64,000 nucleotides of DNA. It comes from Lingula anatina. Lineage: Eukaryota; Animalia; Brachiopoda. A model generated the notes under the pieces. It was given only the letters and a program-made list of their open reading frames with translations, made no database searches and was not told the origin of the DNA. How positions within the stretch are numbered: position 1 is the first letter of the stretch; every line of letters starts with the position of its first letter. The stretch is taken from positions 28,030,401 through 28,094,400 of the forward strand of contig CM120641.1 of NCBI GenBank assembly GCA_051362555.1, read 5' to 3'. Below are positions 13,068-32,600 of this stretch, piece after piece. Made by a program: the position numbers and the translations under genes.

Positions 13068-14372
13068 TCTGGATAATGATAACTATTTAATACAATGAAA
13101 AGCAAAATATTTGGATAAAGGAAATAATAAATTTAAATAAGATTCAAGAAAGGATGATTTATAGAATGTGGAAGCTAGTATTGCACTTTTTTTTCTGCCT
13201 GGAATCAAATGATGCTGTTTAATTCAATTAGAAAAAAAAATTTTCTGAAAAGGTTTTCATTATAAAAGCAGCAGTAAGTGTCATGTATATGACAAAGTTT
13301 AATGATAAAAGCCACTTTGATATTCTGTTTGTTCGACAAATTTGTTCTTCAACTTCAGCTACAGTCCAGCACTAGTAGCTTGTTTTAAAATGAGCAGCAG
13401 TGTGCAATGTCACTGTAAAGTTATTTATATGGATCAGAAAACTGGCATGACTTCTAAATATGCAGTCATTTCCAAATTATGTTACAAAACTTCCAACTAC
13501 AATCAAAATCTAATTTTTTTTTCTTATATCTTACATTACATTTAGGTAGACCAATTCTTCACACAGCTAAATAATAGCTCACATCAAGTTCAACCTGGAA
13601 TCCAGATATACTCGCTTCTTAATTTTAGCACCCATCTTCCACAGCATTAATTATAACATGAGCCTTTGTGTACAAAAGTTTACAGCAGTCAAAAAGGGGC
13701 AGCTGTACGGTGCATTTATCAACAAGTAGTTCATTTCCTGGACAACGCTAGAACCATAATTCAATTTCATTCCAAGGCACAAATGTGTTAATATTTATCA
13801 CAAGCATTTTTTGATTTCATACCTGGTGAAGATAACTTCCCAATTACAACAGACATTTAATTTTTCCCTTCCAAGGGTTTTTGTAACTAATACTAATACT
13901 GCTGTGGTCTATGATATGGTATACAGTGAGCTACTCATTGGGCTCAATATGGGGACATTATCATTGCAGAACTTTGAGTAATTGTGACTCCTCATAGCAC
14001 ACTGGGAACTACTTCCAATCAATCTAAAAAATGACCCAAGAAGAATATTTGTGTTTAACATACTTATAGGATTACTCTAAGAAAAAGTCACTGTACAAAG
14101 CATAATTACTGTTACATATGTAAACTCAGATCATTCATCAGACTGGTCCCTTTCATCATCAGACGATAAATATACAAATCACAGGGAAAATTTGTACAGG
14201 CAAGGCCATCTCTTATTTTAGGCAATGTAGCATCAGAATCTCAAAATAAAATAAGCAAGGCCTTATAGAGCATGCCACTGAACACTGCTACACACTTACA
14301 ACAGATTGTCAGTCATAATATTCTTACTGTCAAATCTGTCAATATGTTTGACTAAAATAACACAATCATGGC

Positions 14373-18723
<4,351 letters not shown>

Positions 18724-18840
18724 TCCTGAAAAAACTTGAGAAGGCTCACGTCCCAGGAGACTTCTGTCAAATACGGAGACACTATGACGATTGCAACCCA
18801 AGTGACCTTTTTCTCCGGGGATTTGCTCTATAGCAGCAAC

Positions 18841-18882
18841 GATTGGTTGAATAGCAGGTTAAAAATAGACAATGCACGTGAC
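18841..18882 (-). promoter_or_regulatory. CCAAT box and CLEAR-like E-box upstream of MAP1LC3C
   Basis: GATTGG at 18841-18846. GTCACGTGC on - (18874-18882) resembles the TFEB/MITF CLEAR motif GTCACGTGAC. Confidence 0.45.
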
Positions 18883-19950
18883 TATGAGATTTGAGAACAG
18901 TCAGAACCGTGTAGGCTAGTGCAACCGGATCAAGCTCTGTCGTGCGCAAAACAGGAAGAATATATGTGTAGCAAAGCCCGGCAAAAACGAATTCATATGA
19001 GGAAAAGGGTAGCATCTAAATCGATTGCACCGTTTAGGTTAAGTCATTTTATTTTAATAAAGGACAGAAAAACGCTGTGATATATTGCTGTTACAGAAAT
19101 ACATTTTGTATCTAATATGATTTACATAGTATTTAGTTCAACTTACACAAAACAGATTTAGGTCTTGATAAAAAGCGTGTTTCAGTGTTTTTTCTTCCTC
19201 TTTCATTGCAAGCAAAATAAGGGTTAGATGTACCCTCTATCAGGACCGCAGATTAATTATGTTCAGCGCTAATCGTGTCATTGATCAGCCAGAGACACAA
19301 CTGTATCTGTGAATATCGAGTGAAAAATCAACCTGCAGCAGCGGATTTAGAGGGGGGTCCTGACCCTTCCCCCTTCGTTTTCTTGTCCCATCTTTAAATT
19401 AGAATTTTTACGCTTTGCATGTTTCAAAACAGTGTATTATTAAGAGTTAAATTTCTGGATTAACCTTGAAGGAAACAGATTTACCCTGGATACTCGTGGG
19501 TGAGAAGTAGTTTGGGTAGAGGTAATTAAGGTTGGCTTTATTTTATTATCAGAACTGAAGTCTTGTTCTAAGACCGCCAGAGGCTTACTTCAATATGAAT
19601 GAGAAGTTAAGTATTATTCATTTCTTATTATTGGATACAGAAGCGTACAAATATTTAAATTTTATTTTCTGAAAATTTGTCTACAATAATGAAAAACATC
19701 TATTCTTTTAATGGAATATTTTATTTCTTCCTCCATGTAATTTCTTCCCTTACATATTTGAAACCCGCAGTCGGTATTAAAACTGAATAGGTTTATTAAA
19801 TATTTCATGTACCTGTAGGGTCTATATGGAAGCAGCTGTAGGCATTTTAGCAATATTAATGTGAAGGCGACCGTACTGGAACCTTTGATGAGCATATGCT
19901 GATTCATGAGTTGGAAAAGACTGAAAGAGGAGTTGTTCGGGGTTTAAAGA

Positions 19951-22720
19951 ATGGAATCGAACATCTATGCCTCAACTCTTGCTTACGCCTCCCTTACCTT
20001 GGGGACGACGATGATCAACAGGGTATTTATGTTTTACTACGTCAAAGTGTTCTTGAATATGTACAGGATTTCAGAGAAATGGTTCCGAATGGCGCAGATT
20101 GTCTTTATGTTTTGGAACGCTTTCAATGACCCATTGTTTGGCTACTGCCAGGACAATGTCCGAAGTGCTTGTCTGAGGAAACGACGTCACTTCATTCTGT
20201 TAGGTGCTCCGTTTCTGGCAATTTCATTTTTGATACCTTGGTTTCCCTGGGAAGTTTACAAACCGGGTTCCGTTTTATGCTCTGTACATCTAATTGTGTC
20301 GCTGTGTTTCTATGATGCTGTTTATACCTTTGTTCACTTGGCGCATTGTTGTCTGTTCACCGAGATGTTCAAAAGCCATGAAGGTCGCCTACGGCTAGTG
20401 AGATATTCGCAGTTGGCTTCACTACTTGGTTCCACCAGTGTCTTTGCTGCCAGCATAATTTCAGAAGACCTCCACAATTTTGTCAGATTCCAAAAATTCA
20501 ATATTGCTTTGGCTGCGGTGGGTTTTTTCTGTATGTACTACACTGGTAGAAACTGCCATACTCATTACGACCTAAAGACACCGAAGGAAACCGAACATAC
20601 CAACACAGAAAGAGAGGACTCCATTTGTTCTCTCATCTGGCAGCTTGTTACCCAGAAGAATTTAGTCGTATTTATATTTGTTAATTTTTTGCAAGAATTT
20701 CACCGAATTTATCTCGCAAATTTTACTGCGATTTTAACAGAGGCCCTTGTCCCAGAAGATGCTCTACCACTACATTTTCGAAGTATTTTCTATGGCATGG
20801 CTTCGTCTCTTCCACAGGTAAGCTCTAAGCTCAAATTTATATTTTGATTTGATAAAGAATTTGAACAATTTCTTTTTCTTACTATTAGTATATAAGATTG
20901 ATTTTGGACCATAGTTTTAATATTATCAAGCATACTTACGTGTATATACGTATGTTAACATCCACTGCAACTACAACCGATTAGAAACGGCTTCAATGTC
21001 ATTTTAGGGATTCTTTTTACCGCTCATTTCTATTTCTTGTTAGAACTGTATTTTTTAAAGGACGATTTTTTTTAAAGTTAACTTTGCATTTCTTTTTCAT
21101 AGGTATTAGTCATATTTGGGACCCCACTTATAGCGAAGTTGGGTACATATTACGTAATACGTTACACTTTCTGCTTCCAAATCATTACATCATTGACCAT
21201 GTTTTACATTGGGAAACAGAAACCGTGGATATTGCTGGGATTTATCCTTTTCGACAAGTGAGTAATTTAAAACGAACCTGAAACATTTTCTTGAAACACA
21301 TTTCTTTTTCATCATATTTTTGTATATTTACATGGACGGAATAAACTGTAAGGATCTGATAATTCTTTTTTTTTTCGTCATTGACCGGGGGGGGGGGGGG
21401 GGGCAGAAGAGAAAGAGGACTTAAACTACTGCTTTATAACAATATTTATATCTACAAGTTTTGCTGAAAAAGATCGATTGGTTTGTTTTTCAGTGTCGCA
21501 ACATTTGGGAGCCATTCTCTGTATAATGTTTGTCTGTCTGATGTCATAGATGCAGATATGAGAGCGAACAACAGAAAGTAAGTAGTGTGCATAAGAATAC
21601 TGCGTATGAAAAGGACACAATGCTGAAATGAAGAACAAAATTATTTTAGATATGTGACATGAGACTGTTCTTCAACATTTGTGATCGAAAAGCATAGTAT
21701 AATATGAATATGCCACGTTTAGAATATATTATTTAAAACGCTCTACTTGTGCGAAAAAAAAAAGGAAATTCGAGACGACGCTGAGTTTCATGATGGCTTG
21801 AGGTGGATTTAAACTTGGAAGTCTGACAGATTAAAAATTGGAGCTCAAAAACCAGTTTAATTACAAGTTATTGAAGGAACTAAAAATGCGATGTTTTAGG
21901 GGTGTATAGACCGAGATTAAACGTACATCGTTCCCTACACCTTTCACATTGTCATTGGAAACGAAGCAATTTTTCACCTCTTTATCAGCGAGTATGAAGC
22001 GAATTTTGCGGTCTTTGGTAATCATCTTTATTACTAATGCATGCGCAGAGAAGAAAAATTGGCATGTAATGTTACTTTCTTTCCGTTTCGGTTTTTTTAA
22101 ATAGAATTCATCATCCGCACTATCGCATCCGTTCAATACGGTGCATAGTGTTCGTATCAAAGATATAATTTGAAAGTGGGTAGGTCCGGAATGGATTCTT
22201 AGGTTATCTCTCGCCAGCCTTAGCCTTTCTCTGCGTCGTCCCACCTTTTCACTTTATAAAAATCCGCTCCAGTATAAGTTCTTTATTCCTAAAAACCATT
22301 ATATCATATGCGTTATTTTGCGGATTTTAAACTTTAGCTTACTTTTCATTGATAATTTTTTAACGGTTTTTATTATCTAAATGGTTGAACGCGAGGAAAC
22401 TAGTCATCGAATATATTCTTTGTTCCAGACGCCCTCTTTCTTCGATGATTTATGCAACACTTACAGTCGGCATCAAACCAGCTTTCTCCATAGCACCGAT
22501 GCTGGTAGTTGGATATCTGAATAGCTATAGTTACGAACAATTCAAACTAGACAAGATGGCATCAATGCACAAGTATACGGACTTGTATGGGGCTATGTTT
22601 AGTACAATATGTTGGATACCGGTTGTAACGGCAACGTTGCAGATAGTTTTATGGTCCCGTTTTACACTACGTAATACACACCGCGCTGCCATTGCCCTAC
22701 CGAATGTATCGGAACAGTAG
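19951..22720 (+). CDS. MFSD13A: MFS transporter, MFSD13A/TMEM180-like, 4 exons, 465 aa
   Basis: Exons 19951-20817, 21103-21257, 21494-21577 and 22429-22720 total 1398 nt in frame. Motifs FYYVKVFL, FWNAFNDPLFG, FLIPWFPW, DVIDADMRANNRKRPLSSMIY and KPAFSIAPML, with multiple hydrophobic helices. Confidence 0.88.
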
Positions 22721-23666
22721 AAGGACGTTGATGAAGATGGGGGAAAACCAACCAGCCCACAGCATGCAGAGATTTTCGAAACTTTTTGAAATTTCACGCA
22801 AAATCCATTACGTAGAAAGGGGGGGATATCCTTTTAAAAATCAATCATTACATCGTTAATTTTTGTTCATAATAAAAAAAAGGATGGATATATATGTATT
22901 GATATTTTGCGCCTTCTTATCATATACAGGCCTACCCCTGAAATAAAAACGAAATCAGCACATTGACTGGGCTTCATTCTTTACGTTGAGACAACCTCAC
23001 AAAAATTCCATTTTATTTCAAGACATCAAATTGGTAAAGGCATGCCAACAAGTCAATCATTTATTTCAAAGTCAATCGATAACAGTGAATAATGTAATAG
23101 TCTTCTTATTACCATTAGCAGAAATTTTTTCATGGCATTCAAGTGTATACTTGAACCTTTTGCAATACCAAAAGAGCAATAAAAATACTGGTTAAATTAA
23201 CTATGGGTATGTTAGTCAACAAACCAATGTAACTGGTATGCATTGTGCATTCACTTTTTAGATAGCAACTTGATAATGCTTCTGAATATAATCCGTCATA
23301 AGTCAAGCATGGTAAATGTGTCAACAAATGTGACAAAAAAATCATGTACGTCATTTGCATCAGGCGGAGCAATGGCTTTGGCATCCAACATTTTAAATGT
23401 ATATGGTTTTTATCAGTTCAAACATTTTGAATATCAGTGAACATTTCATGATGCTCTGACCCAGAACTAATTATCAAATGAAATTTAAACACAACTTCTA
23501 AAATTGAATGAAAAACAGAAACTGATCATAAATTGTATCACAAACTTGCCAAAAACGTACACAGGATCTTAAGTACTGCTGATCATATCACAACATATTT
23601 ACTGAGCAAAATACTATTCATACAAATGAAGAATGTCAACAACTCATTATGGTTAAGCAGTCGATT

Positions 23667-26583
23667 TCACTGTGCTAGAGACTGCATAAAACTCCCCAAG
23701 TCATATTCTGTTTCATATTGTTTTTCATCCCAAAGCTCGTCCATATTCTCCAGAATAGATTTCATGCTTTCTTTCCCTTGTTCTGGCTTAGCCTCAGATG
23801 GTGTGCCCTTCTTACTGTCATCCAGTGTAAACAGATCTAGGAGCTGATCTGTTCCCATGGAAACCAAACTGGAGTTTTCTTGACTTATCACAGTATTGGC
23901 TATTGTCAGCTTGAACTTTTGAAGCCTAAAATTTAAGGGAAAAAATAAACGTAATGCATTAAAGAAACTCTCACAAGGCAAACCACGGTTCAAGTAAAAA
24001 GTGAAATTTTGGAATTTCGGACTTTAGGAATTTTGCATTAAGAACTATGTTAATAAAACTAATATTAACTAAAAAAGCACTCGGAGAGTGCAAACCTCGG
24101 CCAAGGCAGCGATTTTTGATTATTACTGATTATTGATTGGTTATTGATCCGGATCACCACCAAAGACTTCAAAGTTAACCCATTTCCCACCTACCCTGAA
24201 AATTTCATCAAAATTGGTCCATAACTTTTTGAGTTATGTTGATGGCAAACAAACAGACAGCCAGACAAACAGGGGTGAATACATAACCTCCTTGCTGGAG
24301 GTAAAAAGCATGTCAAACAAAATGAACAGTTGGAGCAAAGTAATTTATCACAAAATATTAAGCCTTATTATAATACTCACCCCATTATTTTTTCTTCCAA
24401 AGTTCCTCTTGTTATCAATCTGTAAACGTTAACTACTTTCTTCTGCCCTATCCTGTGTGCACGATCCATGGCCTTTACATTAAAAATTAATAAATATATA
24501 AATAGAGGAAAAAGCACCATAATGGACACTTAGAAAATTAAAGAAAAGATTTAAATGACATGTATTGCATGATAAAATCTACTTGTAGCATTGCTGTCCA
24601 TGTGAACTTTTCATGCCTTCTACTGCAATCAAAATTAATCAATTGTTATTTATTCATAATTAGGAGTGCTCGCCCGTACATCTTTCACCAACAATTTGGT
24701 AGACAGAACTTATTTTTAAAAAATTCAAGAGCACACCAGTTCGAAACATTGCCATTCTGCATTTGATCATTAATTCATGTATCAACTGGAAGATGGTTGT
24801 GTACATAAACCCATAAGTTCAAACACAGTATTACTGCATTGTTATGTACTTAGGAACCAAAAGTAATCAGTTATCACTACAATTAAACCGACTTGACAAT
24901 AAACTTAAATTCTATCAAGCACACTATTTAAACCTTACCTGCAAATCTTTCATTGGGTTCCAATCATGCTCCACGAAGATGACCGTGTCTGCCCCAGTGA
25001 GATTAAGTCCAAGTCCTCCAACATGAGTGGTAAGTAGTAAAATGTCTATGGAGGGGTCATTGTTGAACCTGTTCACTAGCCCATGCCTACTCCCTGCTGG
25101 CACACTCCCATCCAGGCGCAGGTAGGTCACATTTGGCATGTGGGCCCTGCAGGATAATAAGTGGAATTATTGCTTTAACTGATGATCTTTGTTAGTGCCC
25201 TAGTGCCAGTCAGTGTAAAAGGAATTGATAATGATGATGATGATGATTACTCACACTGAACACAGTTTCAGTGATCAGGTACACTTTTATTATCATCACC
25301 ATGGTTGTTACAATTATTACCATCATGATCATCAACATCATTATCATCATCAACATGGAAAACAATGGTTATGAGAAATCACTTAGTGGTGTTAATTAGG
25401 TCAACCTTTGCTTAAAACATTCATATGACTAAAAAACAACTATCAAATCCATGTCAGCTATACCACTGTAGATAACCAATTGACAGAAAACACTTAGTAA
25501 ATCAAATATCAAGTAAAGAGTACTGACCCACACATTAAAGAAAATTTAAAGTCTAGCATATTCCTATGTTGATAATAAAACCAAAAACTGTTGAAATTTC
25601 CAAGAGCCAAGCCACACAAGGCAGCTATGGTGGCACCTCTGATACCAAGAGATGCAGATGATCACTAAATGTCCATATAAACAGTGTCTGTACATAAAAA
25701 CAAGGCTGATAAAAAAGGGTAGGTTTCTTACAAGAGCAAATCCCTCTCCACCATATCTAGCATACTCTTGAGCTGGCAGAACACCAGGACCCTGTGCTGG
25801 TTGACAACTGGAGCATCAGAAGCATTGGAGTCAGCCCCTACGCCAATACCACAGTCCGTCAACAATTGCCTGGGAAAAAGAATTTTATACGTGCTGACAA
25901 AACTGATAAGTTACCGTAATTATTCGATCTTTTCAATGGAGGGAAATTGTGAATGTAACAAACAGATACTGTATTTTTAAGCCATTATTTCTTAAAATTA
26001 AAACATTCTTATTGAGTGGTAGCAACAAAATTGAAAAACAGGCTACTCTCGAGTTCTATTCTATGGAGTAAAAGCACCACAAATGCAAAATAGAAACATA
26101 ATTTTGTGATTATAAAATAATGTATCTGAAAGTTTGATAATTTTTGCCCATTGAAAAGATTGACTAATTATTGTCCATAAGAGCTAGACAATCAGATCTG
26201 CAGTAGACTAGAAATTACATGATCTTAATTTTGGAAACTACCTACATGAGAAACAATATACTCAAAGGTTTAAAAGAAAGTGTTTTTTCCCAATTTTTCT
26301 AACTGCATTTTAAAAGCAATTCAAATGGATTTCATTTCACACCCAGCTTTCACTCCTTAAATATATCCAAGAAAATTTACATAATGCACAAAAAGAATGG
26401 TGAAAAGTTACTAATATACCTTAAAGCAGTGAGCTTTGCGGCATGCTGTATATCTTTGAGAGTGGTCTTCTCCATCATCAGTTGTGCCATAACTTTGTTG
26501 TACTCTGGATGTTGAGGTGTAAGGACCAATGCAGGGTGGTTACATACTTTACGAAGGTATTGCAAAGCCTGAAGAATTAAATA

Positions 26584-26616
<33 letters not shown>

Positions 26617-26619
26617 CAC

Positions 26620-26651
<32 letters not shown>

Positions 26652-29600
26652 GGAATATACACCAAGCAGGGAAGCAAAATGTTGTAAAACCTCATTATTT
26701 TAAGATACTTTTGAAATATGTAACTTTTTTACAACTATAGGCTAATATAGCAATGCAAAAAACTTCCAAGCATAAAATATGCTGATTTTGCAACCAAATC
26801 TCTGTGTAGCATATGATACCTGGAAGATGTGAGAGTGTGCGCTTGATTTTCCATCTCCTTCTTCTATGTCACTTTCTACATTCTTCTTGGCTCGGGACTT
26901 GGCAAAGTCTTCATATAACTGAACCTAAATAAAGACATGAAGTATGTCATCTAAAATGCTTTGAGCCATAAATATATCATTCTGCAGAAAATGTCATACT
27001 TGGCTTAAACAGGGTCATTAAAATTCCATGACTGTTACATATATAAAGGAAATATCTTCTTTACAAAATGAGGGCATATGCCATAGACTGCAGTAGTATT
27101 GGTGTATATAATATTCTTCAGCAGACAAAAATACACAACAGAACATCAACAAGTTGTTACATTTTACCTGAAGTGGACTTAAATCACAGTAATAATCCTG
27201 AATGATTTTTGGTGGAAGATCTTGTAAAACATCCTCTTTGAGTCTTCTGAGCAGGAAGGGCAATACCTGTCTGTGCAGGGCTTCCATAGCCAATGCACCT
27301 GGGTAAAACATGGCAGTAGTTTCATTATGAATATTCTCAACAGCATTGTTTATTAATGAGTATTGTTTATCCAACCCCTGTTGTTAAGACTGAGCATAGC
27401 TTTAACAGTATACTAAACAAAAATACCAATAACTGAAAGATGAAAACAACAGCTTGAAACAAAATAAAGAGTACAAATGAAGTGAAAACTTGTGACATGA
27501 AAACAATCATGCACATCCTCCTTGCTTTTAGGTATTCAAAATGAAAATATTTCAAACATCTTATCATTACCTGCTTCTTGCTCCTTTGAGGAACTCTTAG
27601 CATCCCTGCTTTGCAGTATGGGGCGGCCATACTTGGCCGTGAATTGTTTCTCTGTACCAAGAAAACCAGGCATCAAAAAATCAAACAAAGACCACAGCTC
27701 CAAGACATTGTTCTGGATTGGTGTACCAGACAGGATCAGGCGATGGTTACAGACCAACTGTTTCACAGACTTAGAAATCTGCAACAAACAAGGGGACATT
27801 TTTAGTGGAGTTTTAATGTTCAATGCATTATTAAGAAAGAAGACAAAACAACTGATGTGAAAGGGGAGCAATTGTTTATCAATCTGTGGCATGAATGCTG
27901 AATGCTTTTTAAAATGTATTGATGTAATACAGATATGATCACTTTTTTTAAGAAGGAAAAGACAAGTATACCTGGGGAGGGAGATAATCTATACAATATT
28001 ATATCTTTAACCAGCTGTTTATGTGTAAGGGTAAAAAATCTTCACCTACAGTCTTCAGAAAAGGTAAAGAAATTTTAAAAAGCTATGAAAGATACTGAGA
28101 GGCAAGCACAAAAATGTAGCAGGCTTTACAATTTCTTTTAATTCTCTGATAAAAAAAGTTACCCACCTTGGTTTTGCCATTCTTGATTATATGTCCTTCA
28201 TCTAATATACAATAGTTCCACTTAATTGCCCTGTAATTATAAAACGATACTAATTCTAGCTCATATGATTAAAACATAATACATAATTGGCTTGAAATTA
28301 AACTATACAAAACTTAAAAAATAAAGTTCATTTTGATATCATGTTATTACAGGTAGTGCTGTATTGACTGAAGTGACAATAATGATGAAAATTCAAATCA
28401 AATATCTATATCTTGCCAATATCAAATATTTTACCATAATGCACAAAGAAAATCATTATTTAAAGAGGATTTCTAAACTTACCCAAAGAATTCTATGTCG
28501 TTTCTAACAATGTCATAAGAAACAACTATCAAATTGTGCTTTTTCACTTTGCTTCTGAGCCTGAAATACAAAAGTGAACCAACAATTGACACAGGTACAT
28601 GTAATATGCAATAACACCTTGAAATAAAAACTTGTCTTATCCTTGGCAATCAAGGGCCGTCCTGGGCTTCAAAGTCAATCCAGACATCAAATTAATTGTC
28701 AAAATGAATTTTTCTTGATAAAATACCATTTGCCTTCAAGATCTTAATGCGGGTGTTACTGATTAAGGTGATTATACAGCAAAAATTATTTTTCACAAAA
28801 AGTTGATTATACAGCAAAAATTATTTTTCACTAAAAGTTATCTTATATCAATAAGCTGAGAAAATAAATTTCCTCAAATAAAGAAATAAACTTTGGTTTG
28901 ACGTCTTGCCATTTCTGTGCTAATAGTTGTATTCCATTAACAAAATGATTAGGACAAAACCTCTCCCCATCTTCTATATGGTAGGAAAGGTTTATAATGG
29001 GGTCTTTTTTTTTTTAATATTCAAATTTTTTTTTTATAAACAGTTTGTTCCTAAGACCAATATTGCTTAAAGTCATATCTGCCATACATTATTTCTGCAT
29101 ATTTTGGTAAAACCCACTTTTAGATAGTCAAAACCCACCCCCAGCAATACCAAGTGATAGCAGTCTAATGTCTACTTACTTCACCCTCTCCATGACGGGA
29201 CCTGTGTAATGTAAAGGGTTGAGATACTCCTTACTGACAAACTTCTCCACTTCATAGACCCAGTGTCCAGTCAGGGTGGGTGGACACACAACTATAGATG
29301 GCATGGGCACACTGTCTGCAGCCTGGGTTTGCTAGAACGAGATACATGTAGAGGAAACTGTACAATATGAAGTGAGTGGAGACAAAACTTTGTTGGATAG
29401 AGACTCGGGTGTCATACAGATTTGCAAGCATAAGAAAAATAGAGTGTAAAAGAATACTGATATTGATGTGTGCCTGTATGTGTAAAAGGGCATGAAAACA
29501 CCTCTGTGTAGTTGCTGACCACTTAACTAAAGCCAGCAAAAACACATTTTTAAAGATAATTTTCAATTTTTCTTTTTTTCCCCCTCAAATGCAATACTGA

Positions 29601-32600
29601 GTTATAACATACCTTGAACCTCTGCTCCCTATCATAGTGGTCACCAGCCAGGATACAAATAGACATCAGGGTTTTCCCCAGTCCCATGTCATCACAGAGT
29701 ATTCCATGAAGCTTGTATGTATTCAAGAAGGCTAGCCAGTTGATACCATCCTGGATTTGAAGAGCAATCGGTTAATTTTTTTTAACATATTTTAAATAAA
29801 ATTACGTAGTCAACGGTATTAATTTGTCATCTGTCTATATACACGCAACCTTTTTATAAAATGAGTCATATCTTCATGATTGGTTGCTTCAAGTTGGGCC
29901 AAGAATCGATCAGTAAAATTTAAGAAGACCAAAATCCAAATGTGGACTCTAAAGTTAATACAGTTCATCAAACATACAAGATGGGATTTCAGTGATAAAA
30001 ACGGTGCTAAATACCCTCTCAACCCAAGTTTAAGTTGATTCTTCCATCTCAAATCCCCATAAAAGCTGTTCCTTCAACTTTAAATATTTATGCTATTTCA
30101 CATTATGAACTCACCTGCTGGTATTTGCGTAGTTCAGCTTTGATGGGAACAGGACAAACGTAGTCTTCTACTTTGCTGCTGTCTAGCAACTGCTCCAAGA
30201 ATTTTCTCTCTTTCTCCTTTTGTTTGACAAGAGAGCTCTTCATTTCAGGGGGATCAGGTATGCCCGACTAAAAGATGACAATTGTATTAATATGGAAAAG
30301 AAGAATTATATAAATCAATCTTACAGTAGAAAACGTTCAAGAATGCACATGTTCAAGAAAATAGTTAGCTAAGCTACTGTCAGCATACAAAAGATCATAA
30401 TTTCATTTTCTTCAAAGATGAGCACAAGTTAAAACAAATGTGTATTCATTCACATAAATTGACTGCTCTTTTGAAGTTAATGAATATCAGGGCCTACTTA
30501 AACATAAATGTTATGATATTCTTGAATTGCCACACTTCTACCACAGTTGAACACCCTACCTCCAAAGGCATCAGTCTTATGAGTGTAGCAAAGCAGTAAG
30601 TGGCCATGAGCCTGACAGCTTCATTGAGATCACTCATACAGCCTAGGATGGGAACCACCATAAGTACAATGTAGGCCACTATATCTACACCCAGACTGTC
30701 TATGATATCTGGACACACAGGGTTAAGGACATTTACAGAAATGTGTGGTACAGAATGACATGAACTTGATAGGCAAACACTAGGAAAAAAAAGATAATTG
30801 CTCATGTTATATTTCAGATAAAAAATAAATCTACTAATTTCAAATGTATACTGGCTGCAACCTGTAAACTTTTTGTAACCTGACCGCCAAACTGCCTTAC
30901 ATGGGATTAAAAACACAAAGAGGTTCCCTATTTAATATTGTTGTCTGGTAACTTTAATTTAAGACCCACAATGTAAATTAGTCCTTTTAATGTCCAAAAA
31001 AAAAAATTAATTTCCCGGAGATTTCAACACTTTTGCCTTATTCATCAAGGTCCAACTCATTTTTGAATTAAAGTTTTTAGTCTTTGAGTCAATCTCGTAA
31101 TTAAGGAAAAGATTGGTGAATTTCTCTCAAAAGAGAATTAATTTAGAAATTCAGATCTCCATAAGGTTAAAACATTGACCTTTGTTTTTTTCAATGGTTA
31201 TGAAAAGGGACATACCTTGGTGATACAAGAAAAATGCTGAAACTTTCAGGATTTAAATTTTTTTGCTATAAAACACCTTAACAACTTCATCCAGTTGTTT
31301 AAAAAAAAAAAAAAACAACACGAACAATAGTCAATATGAAGGATACGAGTTAAAGCCTCTATGGCTCCTCCACGACAGACCTCACTGTCTGTTGAACCTA
31401 GCAGTGGTAGTACATGTTCCAACACGTGGTTCATGGTCTCTACAGTGTCTAGTTTACTTAGCATTCCCAAGCACCTGGCAGCCATGTGGCGTAAAGCAGT
31501 GAAAGGGTGCTGTAGACATATTGTCAGAGCTGGCAGCTTCTGCAAAATCTGAAATTATCCATGGTTGATAATATACAAAGTTCATAACAGTATGATAGGA
31601 TTTGTATTTTAACAATGCTTATGTTATTAATAAATTATACTCTTGTTTTATTTCTCCATTCCACATACTTGAGAAGATGCAGTTAAATACCAATATTATA
31701 CTATTATAAATAAGTTACACATCTAACTTCATTTTCTACTGAAATCGATTACTTTACATCTTTACAGAAAACAAACGTACCTGTGCTTGCAGCTGTCTAT
31801 GAAGGCTTGGTCCTACCATCTCCATGACTTGTAGAGAATGAAGTAACTCTTGAGCTGTGTTTTCATCACTCCCCAAACTGGATGCATCTGTAGTGTTCAA
31901 ATCATATATAGTAAAGAACATTTCTAATACCTACTAGGGAAGTAAATTAACTCTAGGATAGATGAAATAAATCTGACATAAAGTAAGTTTGCCCATTCTT
32001 CCTCTTTTAGAGATAAAAAACCTGTTCAAAGTAATATAATTTTACATAGTATTATTTTGGCCTTATTCCATTATTTTACAGGCGCAATGATTTTCTAGTG
32101 AACGGCACTTACCAAGTCCAGACTCATTTATCACAGATATAGGTTTAATGGTATTGTCCCAGAGGGTTGGCACTTTATTTGGGAGATCACTGGCCATATT
32201 CTCAGCTATTGTAGTGATAGCAAAGGTGGCACCACGTCTTTGAATGAACAGCTGTCGTTGTGCCTAGTGTATTACAAGACATTCACACATATTTCATGAT
32301 TTCCACAATACTTGTCTAATAATTACTAATTTCTTTGAGGGAAAGTAACACAGGGGCCAGTTAAAATATGCAGATTCCACATCTGCTATTACCTTTTTTT
32401 GTTCTGTTATAAGCACAACACAGTAATTCAGAAATCTTCACTAAAAAACCAAAGCTGACTTCATAAAATATTTTAACATTAATTTTTTCTGCTTTCAGTC
32501 AGTTCATAAAACAAAACTCACCTCATTTATTTCGGCCACCATTTCTGGTGAAATCTCAACTGGTACATTAGCTGGTCTCCTTCCTGGTCTTCTTCCTATT

